From contig OY969474.1 in the NCBI GenBank assembly GCA_963700145.1, positions 4,288,001-4,352,000 on the forward strand: 64,000 nt of DNA, in the 5' to 3' direction. The notes under the pieces are model-generated. The model worked only from the letters and a program-made list of their open reading frames with translations, did no database searches and was not told where the DNA came from. The translations under genes were made by a program, and so were the position numbers. The DNA comes from an uncultured Acidobacteriota bacterium. GTDB lineage: Bacteria > Acidobacteriota > Thermoanaerobaculia > Multivoradales > UBA5704. Positions 9,995-21,244 of the stretch are shown here, one piece after another. Numbering within the stretch: position 1 is the first letter of the stretch; each line of letters begins with the position of its first letter.

Positions 9995-12843
9995 AGGAGC
10001 GCGCCGCGGCGCTCGGAACGGCGCTGCTGCTGGCGCTCGCCGCGGCGGCGCCGGCGCGAGGACAGGAAGCGGCGGCTGAGCCCGAGGAGAAGGGCCCGAT
10101 CGTGCGCCTGATCGAGATCCGCAGCGAGGCCGCGCTGCCGGAGAAGGAGCGCGAGGAGATGGGCTCGCTCCTCGCCGTCGAGGTGGGCAAGCCCCTCACC
10201 GACGAGCGGGTGCGCCGCACCCTGCGCAACGTGCAGGCGAGCGGCGCGGCCTACGAGGTGGAGCTCTACACGCGGCCGGCCGAAGGGGAGGACGGCGTGG
10301 TCGTCGCCGTCGTCCTGCGCCCGCCGGTGCGGGTCGAGCGCGTGCTCCTCGAGGGCGAGCTCGGGATCTCCGAGAGCGAGCTGCGGCGGGTGGTGCCGCA
10401 GCGCGCCGGCGACCCGCTGATCGAAGACCGCGTGGTGCGCGGCGTCTTCGAGATGCAGGACCTCTTCCGCGAGCGCGGCTACCTCAAGGCCGACGTGCGC
10501 GTGCGGGTGGCGATCGACGAGCCGAGCCGCCGCGCCGACGTCGTCTACCAGATCGCCGGCGGCCCGCGCGCCCGCGTCGGCGCGGTCGAGTTCCAGGGGG
10601 AGACGGCGCCCTTCACCCCGGAGAAGCTCATCGAGCGCCTCCAGGCCAAGCCCGGCGAGCCCTACGGCCGCGGCCGCGTGCGCGACGACGCCGAGCGCCT
10701 CCAGACCTGGCTCATCGAGCAAGGCTACCGCACGGCGCGCGTCGACCTGCCCGAGGAGCGCGCCGACGCCGAGGCGGGGACGGTCCACCTCACCTACCCG
10801 ATCGCCGTCGGGCCGCGGGTCGAGCTGCACGTCGTCGGCGCCGAGGTCAAGCGCCTGCGCAAGCAGGACCTGCTGCCGTTCATGGAGGAGCAGGGGTACG
10901 ACGAGGCGCTGGTCCTGCAGGCGACGGCGCGCATCAAGGAGCACTACCAGCGGCAGGGGCACTACAAGGTGCAGGTGGACTGGAAGGAGGAGCGGCAGGA
11001 AGGCCTGCTCGACGTCGTCCTCACCATCGTTCCCGGCCCCGTGTACCGGCTCCAAGAGGTGGAGTTCACCGGCAACCAGAGCTTCGACGACGAGGAGCTG
11101 GAGGACCTGATGACGGTCGGCGAGCGCAGCCTCCTGGCGCTCGGCAGCGGCCGGCTCATCGAGGAGGAGCTGGAGGCGGACATCGAGAACCTGCGCCGCT
11201 TCTACGCCCTCCAGGGTTTCGCCGAGGCGGAGGTGGGGCCGCCGGTCGTCTCGGAGCGCGGCGAGGAGCTGCGGCTCGAGATCCCGGTCGTCGAGGGGGC
11301 GCGCCGGCGGGTCGGCGCGCTCGACTTCCGCGACGTCAAGGCGCTCGACCTCGACGACCTGCGCGAGCAGCTGCCGCTCGAGGAGCAGGGGCCGTTCCAC
11401 CCGTTGCTCCTCGAGCAGACGCTCGCCGTGGTGCGCGCCGCCTACGCCGACGCGGGGTACGCGGAGGCGCAGGTCTCGGCGGAGGCCAACTGGAGCCCCG
11501 ACGAGACGGTGGTGGACCTGGCGATCGCCGCCATCGAAGGGCCGCAGACCGTGGTCGACCGGGTCATCGTGCGCGGCAACCGGGTGACCGAGAGCGAGGT
11601 CATCCGCCGCACCCTGGGCGTCGAGCGCGGCGAGCCGATCAGCGACACCCGGCTCCTCGAGCTCGAGCGCGACCTCTACCAGCTCGGCATTTTCTCGAGC
11701 GTCGAGGTCGAGCTGACGCGCGCCGGCCTCGGCGGGGCGCGGCGGGATCTCGTGGTGCGGGTCGAGGAGGGCAAGCCGCGGCGCGTCACCTACGGCCTCG
11801 GCTACGAGTACAACGGCGACGACCACGAGCAGAGCGGGCCGCGCGGCGGCGTCTCCTTCAGCCACGCCAACCTCTGGGGCAAGGCGGTGAGCCTGCGCGC
11901 CGACCTGCGGCTCTCGGAGTTCGACCAGAGCACGCGACTGATCGTCGACCAGCCCTACGTCTTCCGCCTGGGCGTGCCGCTCACCTCCTCGCTCTTCTAC
12001 TTCCACGAAACGAAGGACCACTGGGAGGTGGACCGCTACGGCACGCGCTTCGAGGCGGTCGAGACCTTCACCGACCGGCGGGTGGGGCTGGCGCTCGACT
12101 ACCGGGTGGTCGAGACGACCCTCGATCCGGACTTCGGCTTGATCGACGTGGACGAGCGGGAGGACCGCCCCTACCACCTTTCGAGCATCGTCCCCAGCTT
12201 CCTCTGGGACCGGCGCGACGACCCGGTGTTGGCGACCGAGGGGTGGAGCACGCTGGCGCAGCTCCAGTACGCCTTCCCGGTCTTCGGCACCGACGGCGAC
12301 TTCCTGAAGCTCTTCGTGCAGCAGACGCAGTACCTGCCGTTCGGGCGGGCCGGCGTGCTGGTCGGGAGCGTGCGCTTCGGCGGCATCGAGCCCTTCGCCA
12401 AGCTGGAGGAGGACGACCCCGAGCTGCCGGACGACCTGCCGTCGAGCGACATCTTCATCGACGAGCGCTTCTTCGCCGGCGGCCAGACGACCCACCGCGC
12501 CTACGAGAAGGACGACCTGGGGATCCGCGGCGAGACGCTGATCCAGCGGCCCAACGAAGACGGCTTCGCCGAGGTCGGGGGCAACGGCCTCTTTCTTTTC
12601 AATCTGGAGTACCGCTTCCCCATCGCCGGCGCCTTCGGCGGCACCGTCTTCTACGACGCCGGCAACGTCTGGGCCGACTGGCAGTCGATCGACTGGGGCG
12701 ACGTCAAGCAGGGCGTCGGCGTCGGCGTCCGCTACCTCTCCCCCATCGGCCCCCTCCGCCTCGACGCCGGCTGGAAGCTCGACCCCGACGAAGGCGAGAG
12801 CCGCGGGCCGGTGCTGCTGATCTCGTTCGGGAACCCGTTCTAG
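9991..12843 (+). CDS. Omp85 (BamA/TamA-like) outer-membrane protein with multiple POTRA domains
   Basis: Signal peptide from TTG 9991, POTRA repeats, RFFAGG...RAY, GVRYLSPIGPLRLD, terminal F. Confidence 0.9.
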   Translation: MKERAAALGTALLLALAAAAPARGQEAAAEPEEKGPIVRLIEIRSEAALPEKEREEMGSLLAVEVGKPLTDERVRRTLRNVQASGAAYEVELYTRPAEGEDGVVVAVVLRPPVRVERVLLEGELGISESELRRVVPQRAGDPLIEDRVVRGVFEMQDLFRERGYLKADVRVRVAIDEPSRRADVVYQIAGGPRARVGAVEFQGETAPFTPEKLIERLQAKPGEPYGRGRVRDDAERLQTWLIEQGYRTARVDLPEERADAEAGTVHLTYPIAVGPRVELHVVGAEVKRLRKQDLLPFMEEQGYDEALVLQATARIKEHYQRQGHYKVQVDWKEERQEGLLDVVLTIVPGPVYRLQEVEFTGNQSFDDEELEDLMTVGERSLLALGSGRLIEEELEADIENLRRFYALQGFAEAEVGPPVVSERGEELRLEIPVVEGARRRVGALDFRDVKALDLDDLREQLPLEEQGPFHPLLLEQTLAVVRAAYADAGYAEAQVSAEANWSPDETVVDLAIAAIEGPQTVVDRVIVRGNRVTESEVIRRTLGVERGEPISDTRLLELERDLYQLGIFSSVEVELTRAGLGGARRDLVVRVEEGKPRRVTYGLGYEYNGDDHEQSGPRGGVSFSHANLWGKAVSLRADLRLSEFDQSTRLIVDQPYVFRLGVPLTSSLFYFHETKDHWEVDRYGTRFEAVETFTDRRVGLALDYRVVETTLDPDFGLIDVDEREDRPYHLSSIVPSFLWDRRDDPVLATEGWSTLAQLQYAFPVFGTDGDFLKLFVQQTQYLPFGRAGVLVGSVRFGGIEPFAKLEEDDPELPDDLPSSDIFIDERFFAGGQTTHRAYEKDDLGIRGETLIQRPNEDGFAEVGGNGLFLFNLEYRFPIAGAFGGTVFYDAGNVWADWQSIDWGDVKQGVGVGVRYLSPIGPLRLDAGWKLDPDEGESRGPVLLISFGNPF

Positions 12844-13064
12844 CGGGCGCGCGAGGTGGGGATTGCGGCGGCGGCCTTCAAAACGGCCCGGAGGGCCTCG
12901 TTCACGGACTCGTCCGTGGTGAACGCCTCCGCGACATCCGGATCGAGCCGCACGAGGTTGGTGCCGCGGCTGTAGGAGGCAGCGTGCTTGCCCCGCACCC
13001 CACCCGCCATCTGAGAGAAGTCGTACTCCTCTCGCAGCTCGTCGGTCTCGTCAACCCTCTTCAT
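12840..13064 (-). CDS. BrnA-like orphan antitoxin
   Basis: MKRVDETDELREEYDFS...GVRGK...VRLDPDVAEAF...VNEALR, typical BrnT partner; ATG 13064. Confidence 0.7.
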   Translation of the reverse strand: MKRVDETDELREEYDFSQMAGGVRGKHAASYSRGTNLVRLDPDVAEAFTTDESVNEALRAVLKAAAAIPTSRAR

Positions 13065-13092
13065 AGAAAGTTCCGCTCTTCCGCGTCGCCCG
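13051..13092 (-). pseudogene. C-terminal stump of BrnT-type toxin
   Basis: Reads RATRKSGTFYEEG* overlapping the antitoxin start, like BrnT C-termini (SARxATRxERxxYEE); no upstream body. Confidence 0.5.
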
Positions 13093-13098
13093 CGACTC

Positions 13099-13416
13099 TC
13101 AGCGCCTAGCGGATAGGGATTGCCGCTGCGGCGCGTGCTCCTGGGCGCCGGGGACGAGCTGGACCTGGAGCTCGGCGCCAAGGGCGCGGGCCAGCCGCAC
13201 CATCGTCGCGAGCGTGAAGTTCACGTTCCCGCGCAGGATCTTGGTGACATACGCCGGCGTGGAGCCGAGCCGGCGGGCCAGCTCCGCGCGGCTCACGCCT
13301 TCGCGCTCCATGGCGTGCGTGAGGTCCTCCGTGAAGGCGAGGATCGCCCCCGATACCCAGTAGTCCTCGTGACGCTCGGCCTCTTCGAAGAGCTCGGGGA
13401 AGGTCTTGGGCTTCAT
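13099..13416 (-). CDS. XRE-family HTH antitoxin (HigA-like)
   Basis: GVSRAELARRLGSTPAYVTKILRGNVNFTLATMVRLARAL; ATGA-coupled to toxin. Confidence 0.85.
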   Translation of the reverse strand: MKPKTFPELFEEAERHEDYWVSGAILAFTEDLTHAMEREGVSRAELARRLGSTPAYVTKILRGNVNFTLATMVRLARALGAELQVQLVPGAQEHAPQRQSLSARR

Positions 13417-13811
13417 CGCTGGTCCTCCACGGTTACGAGGCGGTGCTTCTTCGCGTGCTGATAGGCGCGGTGGGCCGCGAGCGCTCGCTCGATCTCGGCA
13501 GCGGGAGTCTTCCTCGTGCGCTTCACGAACCCGTGGCTGCAGACAACGAGCCGGCCCTCGTCGTAGAACCAGAGCACCCGCAGACGGCCGGCGATGAGCT
13601 CCCAGATCGCACCGGCGATCTTGTGCGACACCTCGACGTTTCGCGGCGGACCGTGCTCCGCTACGAACGAGAGCAGCCGCAGCATCGCCCGGCCGTCCGC
13701 GGCGAGTCGCGCGTCAAGGCCCGCGAGAAACTCGAGCAACGGGCAGTCGCCGCGCGTCCCGCAGATCGCCAGAACGTCCCAGCGGGACCGCGTGACCCGC
13801 CGGAGCCTCAT
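13413..13811 (-). CDS. RelE/ParE-superfamily (HigB/Gp49-like) toxin
   Basis: IWELIAGRLRVLWFYD...VCSHGFVKRTRKTP..EI; toxin-first order. Confidence 0.8.
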   Translation of the reverse strand: MRLRRVTRSRWDVLAICGTRGDCPLLEFLAGLDARLAADGRAMLRLLSFVAEHGPPRNVEVSHKIAGAIWELIAGRLRVLWFYDEGRLVVCSHGFVKRTRKTPAAEIERALAAHRAYQHAKKHRLVTVEDQR

Positions 13812-13812
13812 C

Positions 13813-13837
13813 TTAACCTAAGAGTTAAAGGTGTCAA
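13813..13837 (-). promoter_or_regulatory. Putative higBA promoter/operator
   Basis: Minus-strand TTGACA followed by AT-rich inverted repeat TTAAC-N6-GTTAA immediately before the toxin start. Confidence 0.55.
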
Positions 13838-13924
13838 TCCGCTACCTCCCATCCCGTCAAAGACGGAATCGGAGGCCGGGAACCTTGCAGAAGCTGCGCG
13901 CCGGCGGCCGCTGCGGCCAGCCGC

Positions 13925-15496
13925 CTACTGGAAGTAGCCGACGATGTCGAGGATCAAGTCGACCGAGCCGTCGTAGTTGCCCTGGTACTCGAAGCTGGTC
14001 CGGGCCTCGACTCTCAGGCCCATGTCGGTGCAGACGGGGAGGACGCCGTTGTTGGCGCGTGGCGGGCCGATGCGGAACTTCAGGAACTCCACTGAGGTCC
14101 CGGCGGACATGTCGATGTCGTGGAAGTAGAGCTCACCGCCGCGGGTGGCGTTGGCGACCGTGACGTTGACGGCCAGGGCCGTCGCCTGCCCGGGGACGCC
14201 GCAGCGGCCCTCGACTTCGAACACGCGAGTATCGAAGGAGGGGAAGCTGAACGAAGGCGGTCCGTAGGGCACCCCGGGCGCGCCGCGGGTGTCGACGACC
14301 CGGCAGGGCGTGACGGTGTGGTACGAGCTGAGGAAGTCTCCCGGCCCCTGGTCCTCGAGCGCGCCGGCGTCGCAGTCGGCGACGCTGTCGCCGTCGCCGT
14401 CGATCGGGCGCGGCGAGCCGCGTTGGTCGGTGACCAAGGTGCACGCGGCGGCGGGGACGAAGTCGATGGCCGGTGAGGAGGGTTGGAGGGCGATGGTGCG
14501 CTGCAGCTGGCCATTGCAGCCGAGCGCGGTGAGGACCGGGTCGACGCCCACCAGGCTGCCCGTCGAGCTGTCGGCCGTGAAGCCGGCCGCGGTCTCGATC
14601 ACGCAGCGCTCCAGGGTGAGCGCGGTGTTAGGGCTGTCGTTGTCGAAGATGTCCGCACCCGCCGGAGCCTTGTTGTCCCCCACCACCACGTGCCGCAAGT
14701 TGGCGGTGATGGTGCCCGCCCCCGTGAGGTAGATCCCGCCGCCCGAGGTGATGGCGCCGTTCCCGGCGACGGTGACGTGGTGGAGGTTCACCACCGCGGT
14801 CGCACCGACGACGGTTTCCACGGCGAGGCCGCCGCCGGAGGCAGGCGCCGTCGCCCCCGGGTTTCCGCCCCCGGCGGAGTTGTTGGCGAGGGTCACGTTG
14901 GTGAGGGTCAGCGTGCGGGTGATGGCAGTGGCAAGTCGGAAGCTGACACCGCCGCCGTAGTGAGGGTAGACGTTGAACGCGTCGAAGACGATGTTGCGGC
15001 TGATCTCGCCGTCCGTGACGGCGAGATTCCCGTCGGTCATGCTGATCCCGCCACCATACGTCTCGAACTGGGCGGAGCCGTTGAGGATGCGCACGCGGGT
15101 GAGCGTCAGGTCGGCGCCGGTGGAAACCACGCGGCCCAGCCTGACGTCGTCGATCTGCGAGCCGCTGGCGCCGCTCTCGAACCTCAAACCGCCGATCGAC
15201 ACCAGGGCGACGCCGGGCCCGTCGATGGTGATCGGCGAGGTCACCGCGGTGTTGCTCGCGACCCCCAGGGCCACCGGCAGGCAGCAGCTCGCCCAGAGCT
15301 GAGGGTCGAACTGCACGACGTCCATGCCCGCAGAGCCAGGGGCGCACGCGGGCTGGCCGGCATTGCCGGCGTTGGCATTCTTGATCGCCGCGGTCAGCGA
15401 GCAGCCGTTGTCGCCCGCCGTGTTCACCGTGATGACGTTGGCGCCGGCGGGCAAGGCCATCGCGAGCGCCGCGAGCAGAAGCGTGAACCGCAGCAT
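13925..15496 (-). CDS. Secreted beta-helix protein with choice-of-anchor-Q-like segment and TPCRxxDTR C-terminal domain
   Basis: Signal peptide, CSLTAAI start, GGG-x repeats, SPAID...TDQRG.PR..DGDG...CDAGALE, YHTVTPCRVVDTR. Confidence 0.75.
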   Translation of the reverse strand: MLRFTLLLAALAMALPAGANVITVNTAGDNGCSLTAAIKNANAGNAGQPACAPGSAGMDVVQFDPQLWASCCLPVALGVASNTAVTSPITIDGPGVALVSIGGLRFESGASGSQIDDVRLGRVVSTGADLTLTRVRILNGSAQFETYGGGISMTDGNLAVTDGEISRNIVFDAFNVYPHYGGGVSFRLATAITRTLTLTNVTLANNSAGGGNPGATAPASGGGLAVETVVGATAVVNLHHVTVAGNGAITSGGGIYLTGAGTITANLRHVVVGDNKAPAGADIFDNDSPNTALTLERCVIETAAGFTADSSTGSLVGVDPVLTALGCNGQLQRTIALQPSSPAIDFVPAAACTLVTDQRGSPRPIDGDGDSVADCDAGALEDQGPGDFLSSYHTVTPCRVVDTRGAPGVPYGPPSFSFPSFDTRVFEVEGRCGVPGQATALAVNVTVANATRGGELYFHDIDMSAGTSVEFLKFRIGPPRANNGVLPVCTDMGLRVEARTSFEYQGNYDGSVDLILDIVGYFQ

Positions 15497-15550
15497 TGGC
15501 GTCGATGTTAGCGCAGCCCGGTCGGTGGGGCCGAGCGTCGCTCTGATTGA

Positions 15551-15961
15551 TTACTCCCCTGAGAACCAGTTCTCCAGAGCGAGGCCAGGTACGTTCTGGA
15601 AGTGGCGAACGTTACGAGTCACGAGCACGAGCTCGTGGACCGAGGCCGTCGCGGCGAGGATGGCGTCGGGCACCTCGATCCCCTTGCCGCTCTTGCGCAA
15701 CGCGGCGCGGAGGTCCGCGGTCGCAAGCGCTACTCGCTCATCGATCGGAAGCCAGATCGGAAGAGGCAGGATCTCGCGCTGCACCTTGCCCCAGACGACG
15801 CTGGATTGAGGGTGGATGGCGGCGCCGAAGCGCAGCTCGTAGCGCGTGATCTCGGAAGCGAAGAGCATCGCCGGATCGGTTGAGAGCAGCCGCCGAACCA
15901 GCGGCAGGTGCGGCTGCGGGCGGATCAGCTCGGAGACGACGTTGGTGTCGACGAGGAACAC
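15551..15961 (-). CDS. vapC: VapC PIN-domain toxin
   Basis: MFLVDTNVVSEL...E...DAILAATA...LVTRNVRHF...ENW; start moved to GTG 15961. Confidence 0.9.
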   Translation of the reverse strand: MFLVDTNVVSELIRPQPHLPLVRRLLSTDPAMLFASEITRYELRFGAAIHPQSSVVWGKVQREILPLPIWLPIDERVALATADLRAALRKSGKGIEVPDAILAATASVHELVLVTRNVRHFQNVPGLALENWFSGE

Positions 15962-15986
15962 GTGCAGGGCAGCGGTCGGACGGTGC

Positions 15987-16310
15987 TCAAGCAGCGGAGC
16001 CGAATGGATCGCGCGAGGCCCAAGACTCCCGCCGAACCTCGTCGAGGGACTGAAAGAACGACTCGTCCTCGATGCCGTCGGGATTGAGCCAGCCCCCGTC
16101 CGGGAGCTGCACGAGCCGGGCTCTCCAGCGCTCCCATGCCTCTCGCCGCCCTTCACCGGCCGGGGTTTCGCCCTCGGCGACGCCAGCGGTGTGCTCGAGC
16201 TTTTCGCCGATCGCCTCGGCGACCAGATCGCGGAGCGGCCGGCCCTGCTGGGCGGCAACTGCCTTGGCCTTCCGAAGCAGCGGATCGGGCAGATCGAAGG
16301 TCGTCTTCAC
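15987..16310 (-). CDS. VapB-like ribbon-helix-helix antitoxin
   Basis: MKTTFDLPDPLLRKAKAVAAQQG..LRDLVAEAI upstream of vapC. Confidence 0.8.
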   Translation of the reverse strand: MKTTFDLPDPLLRKAKAVAAQQGRPLRDLVAEAIGEKLEHTAGVAEGETPAGEGRREAWERWRARLVQLPDGGWLNPDGIEDESFFQSLDEVRRESWASRDPFGSAA

Positions 16311-16317
16311 GGCGGGC

Positions 16318-16346
16318 AGTATTTACGGCTCAACGATTCCCGTCAA
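16318..16346 (-). promoter_or_regulatory. sigma70-type promoter of vapBC, probably leaderless
   Basis: TTGACG-N17-AATACT then 7 nt to GTG, no SD. Confidence 0.5.
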
Positions 16347-16660
16347 GGCTTGAGGCCGCTGCTGGCGACGACGGTGTAGTGGACCACCTCGGGCTCGAAC
16401 TCGAGGAGGTAGTCGTCGTCTTCGGGGTAGTACTTCGCCTTGAGGACGTCGTCGCCGGCGAAGCCGCGGACGGCTTCTTCTGACTCCCAGAAGGTCACGG
16501 TCAGGAAGTGCGTCTCGTCGGCTTCGTCGCGCCGGAGGACGTAGACGCCGAGGTTGCCCGGGGTGGACCGGTAGTCGGGGATCGCGCGTGCCGCGACGAA
16601 GTCCGCGTAGGCGTCGCCGCGGTCGCGGCGGGTCTTCCCATGCCAGATCCGGACGAGCAT
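16343..16660 (-). CDS. ABM (antibiotic biosynthesis monooxygenase)-like protein
   Basis: RIWHG...PGNLG...HFLTVTFWESEEAVRGFAG...YYPED; AGGAGG SD. Confidence 0.8.
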   Translation of the reverse strand: MLVRIWHGKTRRDRGDAYADFVAARAIPDYRSTPGNLGVYVLRRDEADETHFLTVTFWESEEAVRGFAGDDVLKAKYYPEDDDYLLEFEPEVVHYTVVASSGLKP

Positions 16661-16760
16661 GCTTGGCGCCTCCTGCCGGCGATAGGGTAGAGCAGAAACC
16701 CCGCGACCAGGGCCCTTCGCCGTGACTTGCTAGAATCGCTGCTTCGGCGAGCGCTCAACC

Positions 16761-17984
16761 ATGACCCCTCACCCCACCCCCTTCGCCCCCATCGAGGAGG
16801 CGATCGAGCAGTTCCGCCAGGGGCGGATGGTGATCATCGTCGACGACGAGGACCGGGAGAACGAGGGGGATCTGGCGATCGCGGCGGAGAAGGTGACGCC
16901 GCAGGCGATCAACTTCATGGCCAAGCACGGGCGCGGGCTGGTCTGCCTGACGCTCACCGACGAGCGGTGCGCCGAGCTGGCGCTGCCGCTCATGGTGGAC
17001 TCGACGACCAACACCTCGACCTTCAACACCGCCTTCACCGTCTCGATCGAGGCGCGCGGCAAGGTGACGACCGGGATCTCCGCCGCCGACCGCGCCGCCA
17101 CCATCCTGACCGCCATCGACCCGCGCACCCGGCCCGAGGACCTGCTGCGGCCGGGGCACGTCTTCCCGCTGCGCGCGCGGCGCGGCGGCGTCCTCAAGCG
17201 CGCCGGGCAGACGGAGGCCTCGGTCGACCTCGCGGCGCTCGCCGGGCTCCACCCCGCGGGCGTCATCTGCGAGATCATGAACGACGACGGCACCATGGCC
17301 CGGGTGCCGGACCTCGTCGCCTTCGCCCGCGAGCACGGTCTTCTCCTCGTCACCGTCGCCGACCTGATCGGCTACCGGCTGCGCCACGAGACCCTCGTCC
17401 GCCGTCTCGCCGCGCCGCGCCTGCCCACCCGCTGGGGGGAGTTCCGCCTCCACGCCTACCGCGCCGACGCGACCGGCGAGGAGCACGTCGCCCTGGTCAT
17501 GGGCGAGGTGCGCGAGGACGAGCCAGTGCTGGTGCGGGTCCACAGCCAGTGCCTGACCGGCGACGTCTTCGGCTCGGCGCGCTGCGACTGCGGCACCCAG
17601 CTCGAGCAGGCGCTGGCCAAGATCGCCGACGAAGGCAAGGGCGTCCTCCTCTACCTCCTGCAGGAGGGGCGCGGCATCGGCCTGGTCAACAAGCTCAAGG
17701 CCTACGAGCTGCAGGAGCTGGGGCACGACACGGTCGAGGCCAACGAGAAGCTCGGCTTTCGCCCCGACCAGCGCGACTACGGCATCGGGGCGCAGATCCT
17801 GCGCGACCTCGGCGTGCGCAAGATGCGCCTGATGACCAACAACCCGAGCAAGTACGTCGGCCTCGGCGGCTACGGCCTCGAGATCGTCGACCGCGTGCCG
17901 CTCGAGGTGGCGCCCACCGACAGCACCCGCGACTACCTGCGCACCAAGCGCGACAAGCTCGGGCACCTGCTCAAGCTGGTGTGA
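16761..17984 (+). CDS. ribBA: Bifunctional DHBP synthase / GTP cyclohydrolase II
   Basis: [51 protein letters not shown]. Confidence 0.97.
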   Translation: MTPHPTPFAPIEEAIEQFRQGRMVIIVDDEDRENEGDLAIAAEKVTPQAINFMAKHGRGLVCLTLTDERCAELALPLMVDSTTNTSTFNTAFTVSIEARGKVTTGISAADRAATILTAIDPRTRPEDLLRPGHVFPLRARRGGVLKRAGQTEASVDLAALAGLHPAGVICEIMNDDGTMARVPDLVAFAREHGLLLVTVADLIGYRLRHETLVRRLAAPRLPTRWGEFRLHAYRADATGEEHVALVMGEVREDEPVLVRVHSQCLTGDVFGSARCDCGTQLEQALAKIADEGKGVLLYLLQEGRGIGLVNKLKAYELQELGHDTVEANEKLGFRPDQRDYGIGAQILRDLGVRKMRLMTNNPSKYVGLGGYGLEIVDRVPLEVAPTDSTRDYLRTKRDKLGHLLKLV

Positions 17985-18011
17985 CGCCCGGCACGTAGGC
18001 CGGGCGCTACG

Positions 18012-19196
18012 GTGCGCATCCTCCTCGTCACCTCCCGGGTTCCCTGGCCGCCGCGCCGGGGGGACCAGGTGCGGGCGGTGCAGCAGCTCGAATTCCTCTC
18101 GACCGCGCACGAGGTGACGCTGCTCACGCCGGAGCCGGGACCGGACCGGCCGGCGCCTGCCGCGGCCGGCGCGTCCTTTCAGGTGGAGACCTATCGGCTC
18201 GGAGCGGCGGGAGCGGCGGTCGGGATCGGCCGCGCGCTGGTCGACGGGAGTCCCTTGCAGAGCGGGCTCTTCCGGTCGCCGGACCTCGGCCGGAAGCTGC
18301 GGGCGCTCGCGCCGCGGCACGATCTCGTCATCCTCCAGCTCGTGCGGCTCGCTGGCCACCTGGACGACGTCGGTGCGACGCCCGTCTTTGCCGACCTGAT
18401 CGACAGCCTGGCCCTCAACTTCGAGCGCCGCGCCGCGCTCGATCGGTCCTCCCTGCGCCCGCTCCTTCGCCTGGAGGCCCGCCGCCTCGCGCATGCCGAG
18501 CGGCGGCTGGTGGAGCGGGCGGCCGGCGCCCTGGTGGTGAGCGAGCGGGACCGGCGGGCGGTCGCCGCGGGACTTCCGGAAGAGCAGGCAAGGAAGCTCG
18601 ACGTCGTGCCGCTGGCGGTGGAGGGCTCCGTCCTCGCCGCGCCGGCCGAGGGGCGTCCCCTGCTCGCCCTCACCGGAAATCTCGGCTACTTCCCGAACGC
18701 CGACGCCGTCGTCTGGTGGCTGGGCGAGGTCTGGCCGGCGCTGCGCGCGCGGCGGCCGGAGGTACGGGTCGTGGTGGCCGGCGACCGGCCGGGGCGGGTG
18801 GTGCGGCGCGCCGTCGCGCGGGCGGGGAGCGGCGTCGAGCTGACACCGTCGCCGCCGGACCTTGGCGCCCTCCTCCGCCGGGCGACCCTCGCGCTCGTCC
18901 CCCTGCGTTGCGGCTCGGGCCTGCCGATCAAGGTGCTGGAGGCCTGGGCGGCTGGGGTGCCGGTCGTGGCCTCGCCGTGGGCCGCTGCGGGGACCACCGC
19001 CCGGCCGGGCGAAGACCTGCGCCTGGCCGAGCGGCCCGCGGAGTGGGTGGAGGCGGTCCTCGGCCTCCTGGACGACCCCGCCGAGCGCCAGCGCCTGGCC
19101 GCGGCCGGCAGCCGCCGGCTCGCCGCCGATTACGCCCCCGCCGTCGTCCGCGACCGGCTCCTGGCGAGCGTCGTCGCCGCCGTCGCGAGCCCCTGA
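18012..19196 (+). CDS. GT4 glycosyltransferase
   Basis: PWPPRRGDQVR, GNLGYFPN, GSGLPIKVLEAWAAGVPVV. Confidence 0.85.
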   Translation: MRILLVTSRVPWPPRRGDQVRAVQQLEFLSTAHEVTLLTPEPGPDRPAPAAAGASFQVETYRLGAAGAAVGIGRALVDGSPLQSGLFRSPDLGRKLRALAPRHDLVILQLVRLAGHLDDVGATPVFADLIDSLALNFERRAALDRSSLRPLLRLEARRLAHAERRLVERAAGALVVSERDRRAVAAGLPEEQARKLDVVPLAVEGSVLAAPAEGRPLLALTGNLGYFPNADAVVWWLGEVWPALRARRPEVRVVVAGDRPGRVVRRAVARAGSGVELTPSPPDLGALLRRATLALVPLRCGSGLPIKVLEAWAAGVPVVASPWAAAGTTARPGEDLRLAERPAEWVEAVLGLLDDPAERQRLAAAGSRRLAADYAPAVVRDRLLASVVAAVASP

Positions 19197-19278
19197 GCCG
19201 GGCCCCTGGCCCGGCTTTTGAATTTACGACCGGTGCCGCGCCGCTACCGGCGCGCCCTGCTGCCACGGGAGAGCGGCG

Positions 19279-19461
19279 ATGCCTTCGTCCTTCGGTGTCT
19301 ATCTGATCGGCTTCATCATCCTGATCATCGGCCTCGCCTTCGGGGCCTACCTGGCCGGCGCGCCGCCGGTGTGGATCGGCGTCGGCGTGATCTGCCTGGT
19401 CGGCATCGCCGTGCTGATGGGGGTCACCAAGACCACCCGGAAGGACACGCCGCCGTCGTAA
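19279..19461 (+). CDS. Small two-TM membrane protein
   Basis: 60 aa, two hydrophobic helices, GGAGAG SD, GC3-biased codons. Confidence 0.75.
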   Translation: MPSSFGVYLIGFIILIIGLAFGAYLAGAPPVWIGVGVICLVGIAVLMGVTKTTRKDTPPS

Positions 19462-21204
<1,743 letters not shown>

Positions 21205-21244
21205 CGAGAGATAGACACCTTACGATGAAAGCGCTTCCGCCAGT

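Noticed and set aside
12840-16700. IS element or prophage explaining the TA patch
   Set aside because: No transposase, integrase, terminal repeats or phage genes recognised.
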